A stretch of 64,000 nucleotides of DNA from an uncultured Gammaproteobacteria bacterium (GCA_963797555.1 CAWCPV010000003.1:32001-96000), one strand, 5' to 3'. Counted from the stretch's first letter, positions 49,872 to 61,430 are shown. Numbers and translations are program-made. Notes: generated by a model not told the origin, from the sequence alone.

Positions 49872-52133
49872 TCACGTGCGGGTGATCTTCCAGCAGTTGT
49901 GAATGCGCGGGTTCCGGGCGAAGTCCCGGGGGATGGTGGACGGCGTGATGTCCTCGACCTGGAGATCGACGAGGGCCGCGCTGTCCATGCGGAAGCGCTG
50001 GCGGTTGTTGGAGAACATAAGAATCCCCTCCGGCTCCAGCAGGGCCGCCGCCTGCCGGAGGATCTCCGCATGGTCCCGCTGCACGTCGAAGGTACGCTCC
50101 ATCCCCTTGGAGGCCGAGAAGGTCGGTGGGTCCAGGAAGATGAGGCCGTACCGGGCGCGCCGGTCCTCGGCGGCCCCGGCCAGCCATTCCAGGCAGTCGG
50201 CGCGGACTAGGCGGTGGGAGGAACCGGAGAAGCCGTTGAGAGCGAGATTGCGCTTCGCCCAGTCGAGGTAGGTGTTGGACAGGTCCACCGCAGTGGTGGA
50301 GAGCGCTCCCCCGCCGGCGGCGTACACCGTCGCGGTCCCGGTATAGCCGAACAGGTTGAGGAAGTGCCTGCCGCGGGCCAGCTCTCCGATCAGGCGCCGC
50401 GTGAGCCGGTGGTCGAGGAACAGCCCCGTGTCCAGGTAGTCGGTGAAATTCACCAGGAAGCGGTAAGCTCCCTCCCTCACTTCGTGGAAGGCGCCCTGGT
50501 GGGCGCGGCGCTGGTATTGACTACGTCCCCGCTGGCGGCGCCGTATCTTGAAGAATATTTGTTCCGCCGGCACCTCCAGGACCTGGGGCAGTGCGGCCAG
50601 CGCCTGCTGCAGGCGCTCGGCGGCCCTCGCCGGGTCGACGGTGGGCGGGGCTTGATATTCCTGGACATGCACCCAGCGCTGGTCGCCGTGGTAAAGGTCG
50701 ACGGCGAGTGCGTACTCCGGCATGTCGGCGTCGTAGAGCCGGTAGCAGTCGATGCCCTCGCGCCGCGCCCATCCGCCCAGCTCCCGCAGGTTCTTGCGCA
50801 GCCGGTTGGCGAACATTTCGCCCCCCGCCCCGCCTGCGGCGGGCTCGCGGGGAGCCGCGCGGGAGGGCGTTGGGAGCGTGCGCGTCGGCGATTCCGGCCC
50901 GACCTCGAATCTCAGCAGCCGGCATTCGATGGCGCCGTTGTAAAGGGTGTGGACGCGTCTCGCCCTGAGGCCGAGGTGCCTGCCGAGCCGCGGATTGCCG
51001 GTGAACACGGAGGCCTGCCAGCCGACGAAGCGCCGCTTCAGGATCTCTCCGAGCGAGTTGTACAGGCCAATCAGCTGCTGGTCTGTGCCGAGGCGCTCTC
51101 CATACGGCGGATTGGCCACGACCAGCCCGGGCCGAGCAGTGGGCGGCGGCTCGCATTGGGCGAGCGCCCGGCGCCCCAGGTGGATGCGGCCGCTCAGCCC
51201 CGCGCGTTCCACGTTGGCCTCGGCGGCCTGAATGGCTCGCGGGTCGGCATCGTAGCCGAAGATCGGAGGCATCCGGTCCATGCCCGCCCGCGCTCTCTCT
51301 CGGGCTTCGGCCAGCAGTTCCTCCCAGGCCGGCGGCTGGTGTTGCCGCCAGCCCAGGAAACCGAAATATCCCCGCGGCAATCCCGGAGCGATGTCCGCCG
51401 CCATGAGCGCCGCCTCGATGGGCAGCGTCCCGGACCCGCACATCGGGTCCACCAGCGGCCCGCCTTCGCAGGCCACCTCGGGCCAGCCGGCGCGGAGCAG
51501 AATGGCCGCCGCCAGGTTCTCCTTCAGCGGCGCCTCCACCCCTTGAGCGCGGTAGCCGCGCCGGTGCAGCGCCTCCCCACTGAGGTCGAGGCTGACCACC
51601 GCCTCTTCGTCCCGCAGATGCACGTTGATGCGGACGTCCGGCCGCTCCAGGGCCACGTTCGGGCGCTGACCGTGCAGGCTCCGCATCTGGTCGACCACGG
51701 CGTCTTTGACCTTCAAGGCCCCAAAGTGCGAGTGCGTGATTTCGGGGTTGCGGCCGTTGAAGTCGACGGCGAGCGAGCCGAACGGCGAGAGGTGCTCTCC
51801 CCACGATACCGACTGCACCCCCGCGTACAGCTCTTCCGCGTCGGCGGCCGGCACCGACGCGAGATGGAGCAGCACCCGGCTGGCAATCCGAGACCAGAGG
51901 CAGACGCGGTATCCATCCTTCAAACTGCCGCGGAACGCAACGCCGGCAGGCCCCTCCTGCACGGCCTGGCAGCCCAGCGACCGAAGCTCGTCCGCGACCA
52001 GCGGAGCCAGCCCTCGAGGGGCGGTGGCGAAGAAAGAGAGCAAGTCCGGGGTCTCCCGGTCGTCCGAATTTGCGGCGTCCGACAGCTCCTGCGCCGAGGC
52101 CAGAGCGAGCCCCAAGTGCAGGAAGATGTCCAC
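49872..52133 (-). CDS. rlmKL: Bifunctional 23S rRNA m2G2445/m7G2069 methyltransferase
   Basis: THUMP domain, LHRRGYR, APLKENLAA, DPMCGSGT, NPPYGER, YLDTGLFLDHR, FLDPPTFS. Confidence 0.95.
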   Translation of the reverse strand: MDIFLHLGLALASAQELSDAANSDDRETPDLLSFFATAPRGLAPLVADELRSLGCQAVQEGPAGVAFRGSLKDGYRVCLWSRIASRVLLHLASVPAADAEELYAGVQSVSWGEHLSPFGSLAVDFNGRNPEITHSHFGALKVKDAVVDQMRSLHGQRPNVALERPDVRINVHLRDEEAVVSLDLSGEALHRRGYRAQGVEAPLKENLAAAILLRAGWPEVACEGGPLVDPMCGSGTLPIEAALMAADIAPGLPRGYFGFLGWRQHQPPAWEELLAEARERARAGMDRMPPIFGYDADPRAIQAAEANVERAGLSGRIHLGRRALAQCEPPPTARPGLVVANPPYGERLGTDQQLIGLYNSLGEILKRRFVGWQASVFTGNPRLGRHLGLRARRVHTLYNGAIECRLLRFEVGPESPTRTLPTPSRAAPREPAAGGAGGEMFANRLRKNLRELGGWARREGIDCYRLYDADMPEYALAVDLYHGDQRWVHVQEYQAPPTVDPARAAERLQQALAALPQVLEVPAEQIFFKIRRRQRGRSQYQRRAHQGAFHEVREGAYRFLVNFTDYLDTGLFLDHRLTRRLIGELARGRHFLNLFGYTGTATVYAAGGGALSTTAVDLSNTYLDWAKRNLALNGFSGSSHRLVRADCLEWLAGAAEDRRARYGLIFLDPPTFSASKGMERTFDVQRDHAEILRQAAALLEPEGILMFSNNRQRFRMDSAALVDLQVEDITPSTIPRDFARNPRIHNCWKITRT

Positions 52134-52398
52134 GGCCGCACCGTAGCACGAACGCGCGGCGGTGTTAAATCGTCGTGGCCCATGGGTTTTCTCGGTGCCC
52201 GTCTCCTCTTCGGCGACCCCGCGCGGCGGGTCGGAAGGCGGCGCGAAGCGAGCGTTTCGTGCGCTAGGAGGATCCGGCACCGTCGAACCGGCTGTTCTGG
52301 GAAGTCCCCTTTAAGATTCTGCAATTCCCCCCATATCACGGACCGGTACGTTCCTGATGACGGATAGCGGGACAGTCCACTGGCTGGAGGAGGTCGCT

Positions 52399-53097
52399 AT
52401 GCTCAGTATCCGGCGCTCGCACGAACGGGGCCATTTCCACCGCGGGTGGCTCGATACCTATCACAGCTTCTCGTTCGCCGACTACTACGATCCGAACCAC
52501 ATGGGGTTCTCCGTGCTGCGCGTGATCAACGAGGATCGCTTGGCGCCGGGCACCGGCTTTCCGATGCACGCGCACCAGGACATGGAGATCATCACCTACG
52601 TCCTGGAGGGCGCTCTGGAGCACAAGGACAGCATGGGCAACGGCTCGGTCATCCGGCCAGGTGACGTGCAGCGCATGAGCGCGGGGACGGGCGTCCGGCA
52701 CAGCGAGTACAACCCATCAAAGGAGGAGCCGGTCCACCTGCTCCAGATCTGGATCCTTCCAGAGCGCGATGGAGCGACACCAAGCTATGAGCAGCGCCGG
52801 TTCCCTCCGGACGAGATTCAGGGCCGCTTGCGCTTGGTGGCATCCCCCGACGGCCGGGACGGCTCGGCGACGATCCACCAGGACGCGCTCCTGTACGCCA
52901 CTCGATTGGCGGGCGCCGAGCCCCTCGTCTACCAGCTTGGAGCAGGGCGCAGCCTTTGGCTGCAGGTGGCTCGCGGAACGGCGGTATTGAACGGCGAGCG
53001 TCTGACAGCAGGCGACGGCGTCGCTATCCAGGGCGAGCAGTCGGTGGCGCTCGAAGCGGATCCGGAAGCGGAAGTGCTGCTTTTCGATCTTCCCTGA
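52399..53097 (+). CDS. Pirin family protein (YhhW-like)
   Basis: [34 protein letters not shown]. Confidence 0.95.
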   Translation: MLSIRRSHERGHFHRGWLDTYHSFSFADYYDPNHMGFSVLRVINEDRLAPGTGFPMHAHQDMEIITYVLEGALEHKDSMGNGSVIRPGDVQRMSAGTGVRHSEYNPSKEEPVHLLQIWILPERDGATPSYEQRRFPPDEIQGRLRLVASPDGRDGSATIHQDALLYATRLAGAEPLVYQLGAGRSLWLQVARGTAVLNGERLTAGDGVAIQGEQSVALEADPEAEVLLFDLP

Positions 53098-53268
53098 GAT
53101 CCCTCGGAGATCGGAGTCTCGCAGCCGGGGGTCTCGTGCGCCGCGATGTTGTCTCTCGGTCGCCGGCGCGGCAGTATAACCAGCGGGGCATATCGGCGTG
53201 CCGTCCTCGCGGACGGCGTGCCGGTTCGTGGCGGCGGCTTTCGTCTGGATCATCGAAGGGATAAAGGG

Positions 53269-54051
53269 ATGATGCCGATGCGACTCTGCTGTCTGGCCAT
53301 CGCTCTCTGCCTGTGGGCGACGACGGTGAATGCCGAGCTGCGCGGCCAGGTCGTCGAATACCAGCAGGGCGAAGCCACGCTCGAAGGCTACCTGGTATAC
53401 GAGGACTCTTTCCACGGGACGCGACCGGGCGTGCTCGTGTTCCACGAGTGGACGGGGCTGCAGCCTTTCGAGAAAGAGCGCGCCGACCGGCTGGCACGTC
53501 TGGGCTACGTGGCTTTCGCCGCCGACGTTTACGGCAAAGGGGTGCGAGCCAAGAACCGGCAGGAGGCCGTGCGCTTGTCGGGCATATACAAGTCGGACCG
53601 CAAGCTCATGCGGGCCCGCGCCGGGGCCGCGCTGGAGGTCCTGAAGTCCCACAGGCCGGTGGACGCGACGCGGATCGCGGCCATCGGCTACTGTTTCGGC
53701 GGGACTGTCGCGCTGGAGCTGGCGAGGAGCGGGGCGGATCTCGCTGGAGTGGTCACCTTCCACGGGGGCCTGGATACGCCGACTCCGGCCGATGCGCGCC
53801 ACATCAAGGGAAAGATCCTGGCGCTGCACGGTGCGGATGACCCCTTCGTGCCGCCGGAGCACGTCGCCGCGTTCCAGCAGGAGATGCGGGATGGCGGCGT
53901 GGACTGGCAGATGGTGTTCTACGGAGGAGCGGTGCATCGGTTCACCAACCCTTCGGCTGGAACCGACAAGGCGAGCGGCGCCGCATACAACGAGAAGGCC
54001 GACCGGCGGTCGTGGCAGGCCATGAAGGACTTTCTGGCGGAGGTGCTGTAA
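53269..54051 (+). CDS. Dienelactone hydrolase family protein, exported
   Basis: HEWTGL, GYCFGG, HGADDP, H.FTNP. Confidence 0.92.
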   Translation: MMPMRLCCLAIALCLWATTVNAELRGQVVEYQQGEATLEGYLVYEDSFHGTRPGVLVFHEWTGLQPFEKERADRLARLGYVAFAADVYGKGVRAKNRQEAVRLSGIYKSDRKLMRARAGAALEVLKSHRPVDATRIAAIGYCFGGTVALELARSGADLAGVVTFHGGLDTPTPADARHIKGKILALHGADDPFVPPEHVAAFQQEMRDGGVDWQMVFYGGAVHRFTNPSAGTDKASGAAYNEKADRRSWQAMKDFLAEVL

Positions 54052-54185
54052 CGCTTCCCGCGCGTGCGCGCTCAAATCCCCGGCTCCGGCCACCGGCGCC
54101 CGCCCGCGCCGAACCCAGCTCCGGAGCTGCTATCCTCTGTCGGTGTTCGGGCGACTCGCGTTCGCCCGGTTGGGAGGGCGATTCG

Positions 54186-54677
54186 ATGATCCAGATCCAG
54201 GTCGGCGACATCACGAAGCTTCATGTGGACACCATTGTCAACGCGGCCAACGAGTCGCTGCTCGGCGGCGGGGGTGTAGACGGGGCCATCCATCGCGCCG
54301 CCGGTCCCGAGCTCCAAGCGTTCAACCGGAAGCTCGGTGGCTGTCCCACCGGGGAGGCGCGCATCAGCCCGGGCTTCAAGCTGCCCGCCAAGCACGTGAT
54401 CAGCACGGTCGGCCCTGTATGGCATGGCGGCGACCGCGGTGAGCCGAAGCTTCTGGAACGTTGCTACCGCAACAGCCTCGATCTTGCCCTGGAGAACGGC
54501 GTGCAGACCATTGCCTTTCCGGGGATCAGCACCGGCGTCTACGGCTACCCGAAACGCGAGGCCGCGCAGATCGCCGTCAAGGTCATGCGGGAGTATGAGG
54601 ACAGATTCGAGCGGATCGTGGCCTGCTGCTTCAGCGAGAGCGACGCGGAGCTATACCGGGACGTCCTAACTCAGTGA
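54186..54677 (+). CDS. Macrodomain O-acetyl-ADP-ribose deacetylase (YmdB-like)
   Basis: [34 protein letters not shown]. Confidence 0.95.
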   Translation: MIQIQVGDITKLHVDTIVNAANESLLGGGGVDGAIHRAAGPELQAFNRKLGGCPTGEARISPGFKLPAKHVISTVGPVWHGGDRGEPKLLERCYRNSLDLALENGVQTIAFPGISTGVYGYPKREAAQIAVKVMREYEDRFERIVACCFSESDAELYRDVLTQ

Positions 54678-55202
54678 TGGAGGCCAGTGCATCGGTCTAG
54701 ATCCCGAGCGACTGAAGCCCTGCCTTGTCCTGCTGACCCAGATCCCTCACAGGCACGCCCGCGCTGCCGCGAAAACGGGGCGACAGAGCCAGCCTTTACA
54801 CACAGTCACGTACCCTTACACAGCCTTACGTGCGCTGCACGCAAGCTTGCGCGGGCTTGCCGCATACTTGACATGCGGTAAGTCCGGTTGCCGCGGCCTG
54901 ACTCCGCAGGTCGAGCGTCGATGGGACCAGGGCTACGTGGAATGCTAGCGGCTCAACGGGAAAGAGAATGCACAGCCGCGGGCCTGCCGGCCGTTCCGGG
55001 TGCTCGCTCTGCGCACTGCCCGCTGTGGCGCCGAGCGCTGCTGGTGCCGGCCGGAGCCAGGGCAGCGCGCGAACCAACGCATGGGCCGAATGTCCAATTC
55101 GTTGCGCCGGAATGCCCAGGCCGACGGTGCCCTGGCGCGACTGCGCTTCTGCTGTCCCGGCGGTGTAAGGGGACTCGATTCCGAATGTTAGAGGATGCTG
55201 CA

Positions 55203-55670
55203 ATGACACGATGGATGGTGGCGGCCGTGGCGGCTTGCACGCTACTTGGCGGGATGCAGGTGGCGCATGGTGACTCCCACGGTGGTGGCGGTTACCACGG
55301 CGGTGGCGGGTACCAGGGTGGTGGCGGATACCACGGCGGTGGCGGGTACCACGGCGGTGGCGGTTACCATGGTGGCGGGTACTACCACGGTGGTGGTCGG
55401 TATTATGGCGGGGCCAGCATAGCCCTCGGGTTCGGACCCTTCTGGGGTCCGCTTTGGTACCCCTATGGGTATCCAGGTTACTATGATCCAGGCTATTACT
55501 ATGCGCCCCCGGCAGTCGCAGTAACGCCGCCCCCGACAACCTACGTCGAGCAGGAGCCAGAACAGCAGGAGTACTACTGGTACTATTGCACCTCTCCCAA
55601 GGGCTACTACCCGTACGTCAAGAAGTGCCCGCAGGGGTGGATGAAAGTGGTGCCACAGGCACCCGATTAG
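55203..55670 (+). CDS. Exported Gly/Tyr/Pro-rich protein
   Basis: Signal peptide; GGGGYH tandem repeats; YWYYC..P.GYYPYV..CP.GW. Confidence 0.8.
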   Translation: MTRWMVAAVAACTLLGGMQVAHGDSHGGGGYHGGGGYQGGGGYHGGGGYHGGGGYHGGGYYHGGGRYYGGASIALGFGPFWGPLWYPYGYPGYYDPGYYYAPPAVAVTPPPTTYVEQEPEQQEYYWYYCTSPKGYYPYVKKCPQGWMKVVPQAPD

Positions 55671-55689
55671 CGAGTTCAGGAGGAAAGCC

Positions 55690-56250
55690 ATGATTCCGCG
55701 ATTGCACGTCGCTGCCGTCCTGGCGGCGCTATGTGTCGGCGGCTGTGTGACCATGCCGTCCGGACCCAGCGTGCTGGTCTTGCCCGGCAGCGGCAAGAGT
55801 TTCGATCAGTTCCAGGCGGATAACGCGGTGTGCCGACAGTTTGCACAGGTCCAGGTGGGAGGCCAGAGTCCGTCGCAGGCTGCTCAGCAGAGCGCAGTCC
55901 AAAGCGCCGTTCTCGGCACCGTGGTCGGAGCGGCCGTGGGTGCCGCCGTCGGCCAGGGCCAAGGCGCGGCCATCGGCGCCGCCAGTGGGTTGGCGCTGGG
56001 AACTGCGGCAGGCGCCGGTCCCGCGTACGCCTCGGGTTACGAGCTGCAGCGCCGCTACGACTACGCCTTCGTGCAGTGCATGTACGCCAGAGGCAACCAA
56101 GTGCCGGTGGCGGGGCAATCGCAGGGTGGGCGCACGCGGCCGTATTATCCGCCGCCCCCGTCTTCCGGCGAGGGCCGGTACTACGGGACGCCGCCGCCTC
56201 CTCCGCCGGGCTCGATGCCGCCGCCCGACTATCCGGCACCGCCGGACTGA
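55690..56250 (+). CDS. Glycine-zipper lipoprotein
   Basis: GGC lipobox; GAAVGAAVG..GAAIGAASG; QCMYARG. Confidence 0.85.
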   Translation: MIPRLHVAAVLAALCVGGCVTMPSGPSVLVLPGSGKSFDQFQADNAVCRQFAQVQVGGQSPSQAAQQSAVQSAVLGTVVGAAVGAAVGQGQGAAIGAASGLALGTAAGAGPAYASGYELQRRYDYAFVQCMYARGNQVPVAGQSQGGRTRPYYPPPPSSGEGRYYGTPPPPPPGSMPPPDYPAPPD

Positions 56251-56531
56251 CCCGGGCGCGCGGCGCCCTCTTTGCCGACCGTTGCTCGCCGCGCGCTTCT
56301 CTGACCGGAGGTTCCGATCCCACGGGTTGGGTGACGGCAGTCATTGAGGCGCGCGGGTGATCACGCCTGCCATGGCAGCCTCGCAACGGCGGCGCGCCGT
56401 GGACTCCCCAGCGACATGCGTATCCTTCGCCGGTCAGTCGATGGCGCGCAGATCTTTGGCCTGTTGGCTGGGCCGCGGTGGAGCTAAGAGGAGTTGCGGG
56501 GCTCCTGCCGGACGGAAGAAGGGAGGGTAGG

Positions 56532-57728
56532 TTGAGGAGTCGTTGGCTGCTGACGGTCGGCGTGGGGATGGCCGTGGCCTTGGGGGCAGGTGCCATCTCG
56601 TGGTGGGGGAGGGCCAAGCCACCGCAGTTCATCACGATTCCCGCCGCCGAGGGCGACGTGGTTCGCTCCATCATCGCGACCGGCACCGTGAATCCGGTCG
56701 TGACCGTGCAGGTTGGCTCCTACGTCTCCGGCGTGATCCAGTCGCTCGCTTGCGACTTCAACACCCAAGTGAAGGCCGGGCAGCTCTGCGCCAAGATCGA
56801 TCCGAGGCCCTATCAGATGACGGCGGATCAGGCGAACGCAAACCTCGCCAGCGCCCGGGCGCAGTTGCTGAAGGATCAGGCTAGCCTTGCTTACGCGAAG
56901 ATCAACTACGAGCGTGACCGCGGGCTGCTAAAGCGCGGGATCGTTTCCCAGGACACCGTCGACAGCGACAAGAGCGCCTACGACCAAGGAGTGGCCCAGC
57001 TCAAGCTCGATGAGGCCACCATCCTCCAACGCCAGGCAGCGCTGGAGGCAGCCCAGGTGAATCTCGACTATACGGATATCGTCTCCCCGGTCGACGGCAC
57101 CGTAGTCCTGCGCAACGTCGATGTCGGCCAGACCGTGGCCGCGAGCTTTCAGACGCCGACGCTTTTTCTGATCGCCAAGGACCTGACGAAGATGCAGGTC
57201 GACACCAACGTCAGCGAATCCGACGTGGGCGGGGCGCGGGTCGGCGAAAACGCCTCTTTTACGGTCGAAGCCTTCCCCAACACACGATTCCACGGGCTGG
57301 TCTCGCAGATTCGCAAGGCCCCGATCACCGTCCAGAACGTCGTCACCTACGACGTGGTGATCAGCGTCGATAATCCGAAGTTGCTGCTTTTCCCCGGCAT
57401 GACCGCCAATGTGCGCATCATCACGGACGAGCGCAGGGGGGTGTTGAAGGTTCCGCTCCAAGCTCTCCGCTTCGACCCAGAGCGCCCATCCGCCGGGACC
57501 GGAAAAGGCGCTCACGCGACCACGGGGCCGCCGCAAAGTCATGTCTGGGTCCTCCGAGGCGGTCGGCCGGCGTTGGTTCCGGTCACGGTCGGCGCCGATG
57601 ACGGAACCTCCGCGGAGATCACGAGCGGCGACCTCAAGGTCGGCGACCCCGTTGTCGTGGACGAGGTGAGCGGGGTCAGCCAGCGGTCCAGCGGCGGCCA
57701 GCCCGCCCGTTCGCCGTTCCGTTTCTGA
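56532..57728 (+). CDS. Efflux periplasmic adaptor (MacA-like)
   Basis: ATGTVNPV..VQVGSYVSG, GQTVAASFQTPTLF, V.ESD. Confidence 0.92.
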   Translation: MRSRWLLTVGVGMAVALGAGAISWWGRAKPPQFITIPAAEGDVVRSIIATGTVNPVVTVQVGSYVSGVIQSLACDFNTQVKAGQLCAKIDPRPYQMTADQANANLASARAQLLKDQASLAYAKINYERDRGLLKRGIVSQDTVDSDKSAYDQGVAQLKLDEATILQRQAALEAAQVNLDYTDIVSPVDGTVVLRNVDVGQTVAASFQTPTLFLIAKDLTKMQVDTNVSESDVGGARVGENASFTVEAFPNTRFHGLVSQIRKAPITVQNVVTYDVVISVDNPKLLLFPGMTANVRIITDERRGVLKVPLQALRFDPERPSAGTGKGAHATTGPPQSHVWVLRGGRPALVPVTVGADDGTSAEITSGDLKVGDPVVVDEVSGVSQRSSGGQPARSPFRF

Positions 57729-57751
57729 GGATCGCGAGAGGAAGCCCGGCC

Positions 57752-59836
57752 TTGTCCGATCCCGTTATCGAAGTGCGCAACGTCGATAAGACCTATCGGG
57801 TGGGGGACGTCGAGGTGCGGGCGCTCCGAGGGGTGAGCCTGACGGTCGAGCGCGGCGAGTTCGTCGCCATCATGGGGGCGTCGGGCTCGGGCAAATCGAC
57901 CCTGATGAACGTCTTGGGCTGCCTCGACAGGCCAACCAGCGGGGAATACCTCCTCGAAGGCAACGACATTACTGACCAGGACGAGCCGGCGCTCGCGCAC
58001 GTGCGCAGCCGGCGCATCGGCTTCGTCTTCCAGAGCTTCAATCTGCTGGCGCGCACGAGTGCGACCGAGAACGTCGCCTTGCCGTTGTTTTATTCCGGCC
58101 GGCTGGCCGACAGCACGGACCGGGCCAGGGAGGCGCTGCATTCCTTGGGACTCGATGGCCGCGAGCAGAACCACCCCAGCCAACTCTCCGGTGGTCAGCA
58201 GCAACGCGTGGCGATCGCGCGCGCCCTCGTCAACGACCCGGCCATCCTGTTGGCGGACGAGCCGACTGGGAATCTCGACTCCAAGACCGCGAACGACATC
58301 ATGACCACCATTCAAACCCTCAACCGCGAGAAGGGTCTGACGGTCGTGTTGGTCACTCATGAGCCGGACATGGCGGCCTTCGCCGGCCGCGTGGTCACGA
58401 TGCGCGACGGCGTCATCGTGTCCGATGAGCGCGGCCGGGAGCAGCCCACACCGGCGCCGACGCCTGGTCATCAGGCCCTGCTGGCGTCACCTCCCAAGCC
58501 TGCCGATCCGGTGGATCCCAAGATGGTCTTCTCGTTTCTGCGCATGGCACTGCTGGTGGCGGGCCGGGCGATCGCGCGCAACAAGCTGCGCTCCGCCTTG
58601 ACGATGCTCGGGATTTTCATCGGCGTGGCGGCTCTGATCACCATGGTAGCGGTCGGCCAGGGGGCCAACGAAGCGGTGAAGGCGGAGCTCGAGAGCCTGG
58701 GCACGAACCTTCTGATCGTGCTGCCCGGCGCTACCACGGCGAGCGGCGTGCGGGCGGGCTTCGGCAGCGCCTCCACGCTGACCGTCGCGGACGCAGAGGC
58801 AATCAAGAAGGAGGCGCCGGCCGTCGCCAAGGTCAGCTACATCATCCGCCAGCTCGGCCAGCTCCAGTACGCTGACAAGAACTGGAGCACCAGCGTGCAG
58901 GGGGTCACCTCCAGCTATTTCACCATCCGCAACTGGCGGGTGGTGGCCGGACGGACGATGACCCCGGAGGACGAGGCCAACGCCAGTCGCGTCTGTCTGA
59001 TTGGACAGACCGTCTACGAGAACCTCTTCGGGGTGCACGAGAACCCGATTGGGGCAACCATCCTGGTCAAGAACGTGCCGATGCAGGTCCTTGGTCTGCT
59101 GGCGGCGAGGGGACAGTCCGGTTATGGTCAGGATCAGGATGACGTCGTCCTCATCCCCTTCACGACCGCGGAACGCAAGGTTCTCGGCGTGGCGGCACCG
59201 ACCCAGGCCCAGGCGAGCCAGAGCTCGATCTACGCGACGGCGCCCAATCCTTTCGGCATCCGGCCCAAGCTCGCCGGTTACGTGAACATCATCTATGTGC
59301 AAGCGCTCAGCACGGATCTCGTGCGCACGGCCAAGGACCAGGTGACTCGCCTCCTCCTGAGGCGGCACCACATCGAGCCGGGCCAGACCCAGGATTTCAA
59401 CGTCCGCAACATCAGCGACATCACCCAGGCGCGGGAGGGAAGCAGCCGGATCATGGCTCTCCTGCTTGCGGCGGTCGCCTCGATATCGCTGATCGTCGGC
59501 GGGATCGGCATCATGAACATCCTGCTCGTCTCGGTCACCGAGCGCACCCGTGAAATCGGCATTCGTATGGCCATCGGAGCCCGTCGTGTCCACGTTCTGC
59601 TGCAGTTCCTGGTCGAGGCCGTCCTGCTGAGCGGGATCGGTGGCCTGGCCGGCGTCGTGGTCGGTATCTCGATCTCGGAGATCGTCTCGCTGGTCGCCGG
59701 ATGGCCGACGCTTCTCTCACCGTTTGCGATCGTCGGTGGGTTCGTTTTTTCCGCGGCGGTCGGCGTGTTCTTCGGCTATTACCCTGCGCGTCGTGCGTCG
59801 CTGCTCAATCCCATCGATGCCCTGCGCTACGAGTAG
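57752..59836 (+). CDS. MacB-like ABC ATPase/permease fusion
   Basis: GASGSGKST, LSGGQQQRV, ADEPTG, GGIGIMNI..SVTERTREIG. Confidence 0.93.
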   Translation: MSDPVIEVRNVDKTYRVGDVEVRALRGVSLTVERGEFVAIMGASGSGKSTLMNVLGCLDRPTSGEYLLEGNDITDQDEPALAHVRSRRIGFVFQSFNLLARTSATENVALPLFYSGRLADSTDRAREALHSLGLDGREQNHPSQLSGGQQQRVAIARALVNDPAILLADEPTGNLDSKTANDIMTTIQTLNREKGLTVVLVTHEPDMAAFAGRVVTMRDGVIVSDERGREQPTPAPTPGHQALLASPPKPADPVDPKMVFSFLRMALLVAGRAIARNKLRSALTMLGIFIGVAALITMVAVGQGANEAVKAELESLGTNLLIVLPGATTASGVRAGFGSASTLTVADAEAIKKEAPAVAKVSYIIRQLGQLQYADKNWSTSVQGVTSSYFTIRNWRVVAGRTMTPEDEANASRVCLIGQTVYENLFGVHENPIGATILVKNVPMQVLGLLAARGQSGYGQDQDDVVLIPFTTAERKVLGVAAPTQAQASQSSIYATAPNPFGIRPKLAGYVNIIYVQALSTDLVRTAKDQVTRLLLRRHHIEPGQTQDFNVRNISDITQAREGSSRIMALLLAAVASISLIVGGIGIMNILLVSVTERTREIGIRMAIGARRVHVLLQFLVEAVLLSGIGGLAGVVVGISISEIVSLVAGWPTLLSPFAIVGGFVFSAAVGVFFGYYPARRASLLNPIDALRYE

Positions 59837-59876
59837 AAAGCACGCGATACGATTCCGAGCGGCGGAACCAGCGGTC

Positions 59877-61352
59877 GTGACCTTACCCTGCGGGCGAGGC
59901 GTTGCGGCTGCAGGATGGCTGGCCCTTGCACTGTGCGGCTGCACCGTCGGTCCGAACTTCGTCCGCCCGGCGCAGCCGGAAATTCAGCGCTACACGGCGA
60001 GCGAAACTCCGGCGGTGATGTCATCGGCGACGGGCGAGGTCACGCAGCGCGTCGGCGTAGGGAAGACGATCTCGGGGGAATGGTGGGACCTGTTCCGCTC
60101 GCCGGCGCTCGACGGCGTGCTGCGCCAGGCCATCGAGGGCAGCAGGACCATCGCGGCGGCGCGGGCCGCTTTGGCCGAGGCCCAGCAGAGCGTCGCCGCC
60201 GCCAGAGGAGGGTTCTTTCCCCAGGTCGACGTCGCGACCAGTGTCGAACGCCACAAAACTAGCGGCCTGCAATCGGGCAACGGTACCTCAGGTCTTCGGA
60301 ATGGCGGCGCACAAGTCTCGAGTCTCTACTCGCTCGGTCCCACCGTCAGCTATGCGCTGGACGTATTTGGCGGCACCCGGCGCGCGGTGGAACAGCAGCA
60401 GGCACTCGCCGAACGCCAGGGCTACGAGCTGGCGGCCGCCTACCTGACGCTCACAGGCAATGCCGTGACCGAGGCCATTTCCATCGCCTCGTTGCGCGCA
60501 CAGATTCAGGTGACCGAGGACGTCATCGCCGACGACGAGCAGAATCTGTCACTCGTCCGCCAGAAGTTCGAGGCGGGAAAGGCGGCCCGCACCGACCTGT
60601 TGACCGCGGAAACCCAGCTTGACAGCGACCGCACGTCGCTGCCCACGCTTCGCCAGCAGCTCAGCAGCGCGCGCCATGCGCTATCGATTCTCACCGGCCG
60701 CCCGCCGGCGCAATGGTCTCCGCCGAGCTTCGACCTCAAGGACTTCACACTGCCCGGCGACCTTCCGCTGAGCCTGCCTTCCGCACTGGTCCGCCAGCGT
60801 CCGGACATCCTGGCGGCAGAGGCCCAGCTCCACGCCGACAGCGCGGCGATAGGGGTCGCAACGGCGCAGCTTTACCCGAATGTCACGCTATCGGGTTTCC
60901 TCAGCCAGGAGGCGCATGGCGCGGACTCGCTGTTCCAGGCAGCCAGCACGATCTGGAGCATCTCTGCCGGCCTCACCGCCCCGATCTTCCACGGCGGCAC
61001 CCTGGAGGCGCAGCGCAGCGCGGCCGTCGACGCCTACGAGGCGTCGCTCGCGACCTATCAGCAGACGGTCTTGCAGGGATTTCAGCAAGTCGCCGATGCC
61101 CTCCAGTCGCTTGCCTTCGACGCCGAGCTGGTCGACGCCGAGCGTCAGGTGCTCGATGTCGCACAGGCAGATTTGGTGCTGCAGCGGATCAGTTATGCTG
61201 CGGGTAAATCGGATCTCCTGTTGCTGCTCGTCACCCAAAGAGCCTATCAGGAGGCACGTCTGGGGTACGCAAGGGCTGAGGCGCAACGCCTTCAGGACAC
61301 CGCCCAGCTTTTCGTCGCCCTCGGGGGCGGCTGGTGGAGGGCCATGCTATAG
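59877..61352 (+). CDS. Outer-membrane efflux lipoprotein (NodT/OprM-like)
   Basis: GCTVGPNF lipobox, RQRPDILAAE, ALGGGWW. Confidence 0.92.
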   Translation: MTLPCGRGVAAAGWLALALCGCTVGPNFVRPAQPEIQRYTASETPAVMSSATGEVTQRVGVGKTISGEWWDLFRSPALDGVLRQAIEGSRTIAAARAALAEAQQSVAAARGGFFPQVDVATSVERHKTSGLQSGNGTSGLRNGGAQVSSLYSLGPTVSYALDVFGGTRRAVEQQQALAERQGYELAAAYLTLTGNAVTEAISIASLRAQIQVTEDVIADDEQNLSLVRQKFEAGKAARTDLLTAETQLDSDRTSLPTLRQQLSSARHALSILTGRPPAQWSPPSFDLKDFTLPGDLPLSLPSALVRQRPDILAAEAQLHADSAAIGVATAQLYPNVTLSGFLSQEAHGADSLFQAASTIWSISAGLTAPIFHGGTLEAQRSAAVDAYEASLATYQQTVLQGFQQVADALQSLAFDAELVDAERQVLDVAQADLVLQRISYAAGKSDLLLLLVTQRAYQEARLGYARAEAQRLQDTAQLFVALGGGWWRAML

Positions 61353-61430
61353 TTTTTTGGCGCCAACACTCACATCGGGCGGAATTCCCAGTGCGTCCAC
61401 GAGCGACGGCTTCAGCGCGGGCTCTCGGCC

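Noticed and set aside
55276-55410. 18-bp tandem repeats
   Set aside because: They encode GGGGYH in a common Gly-rich exported protein; ordinary coding repeat.
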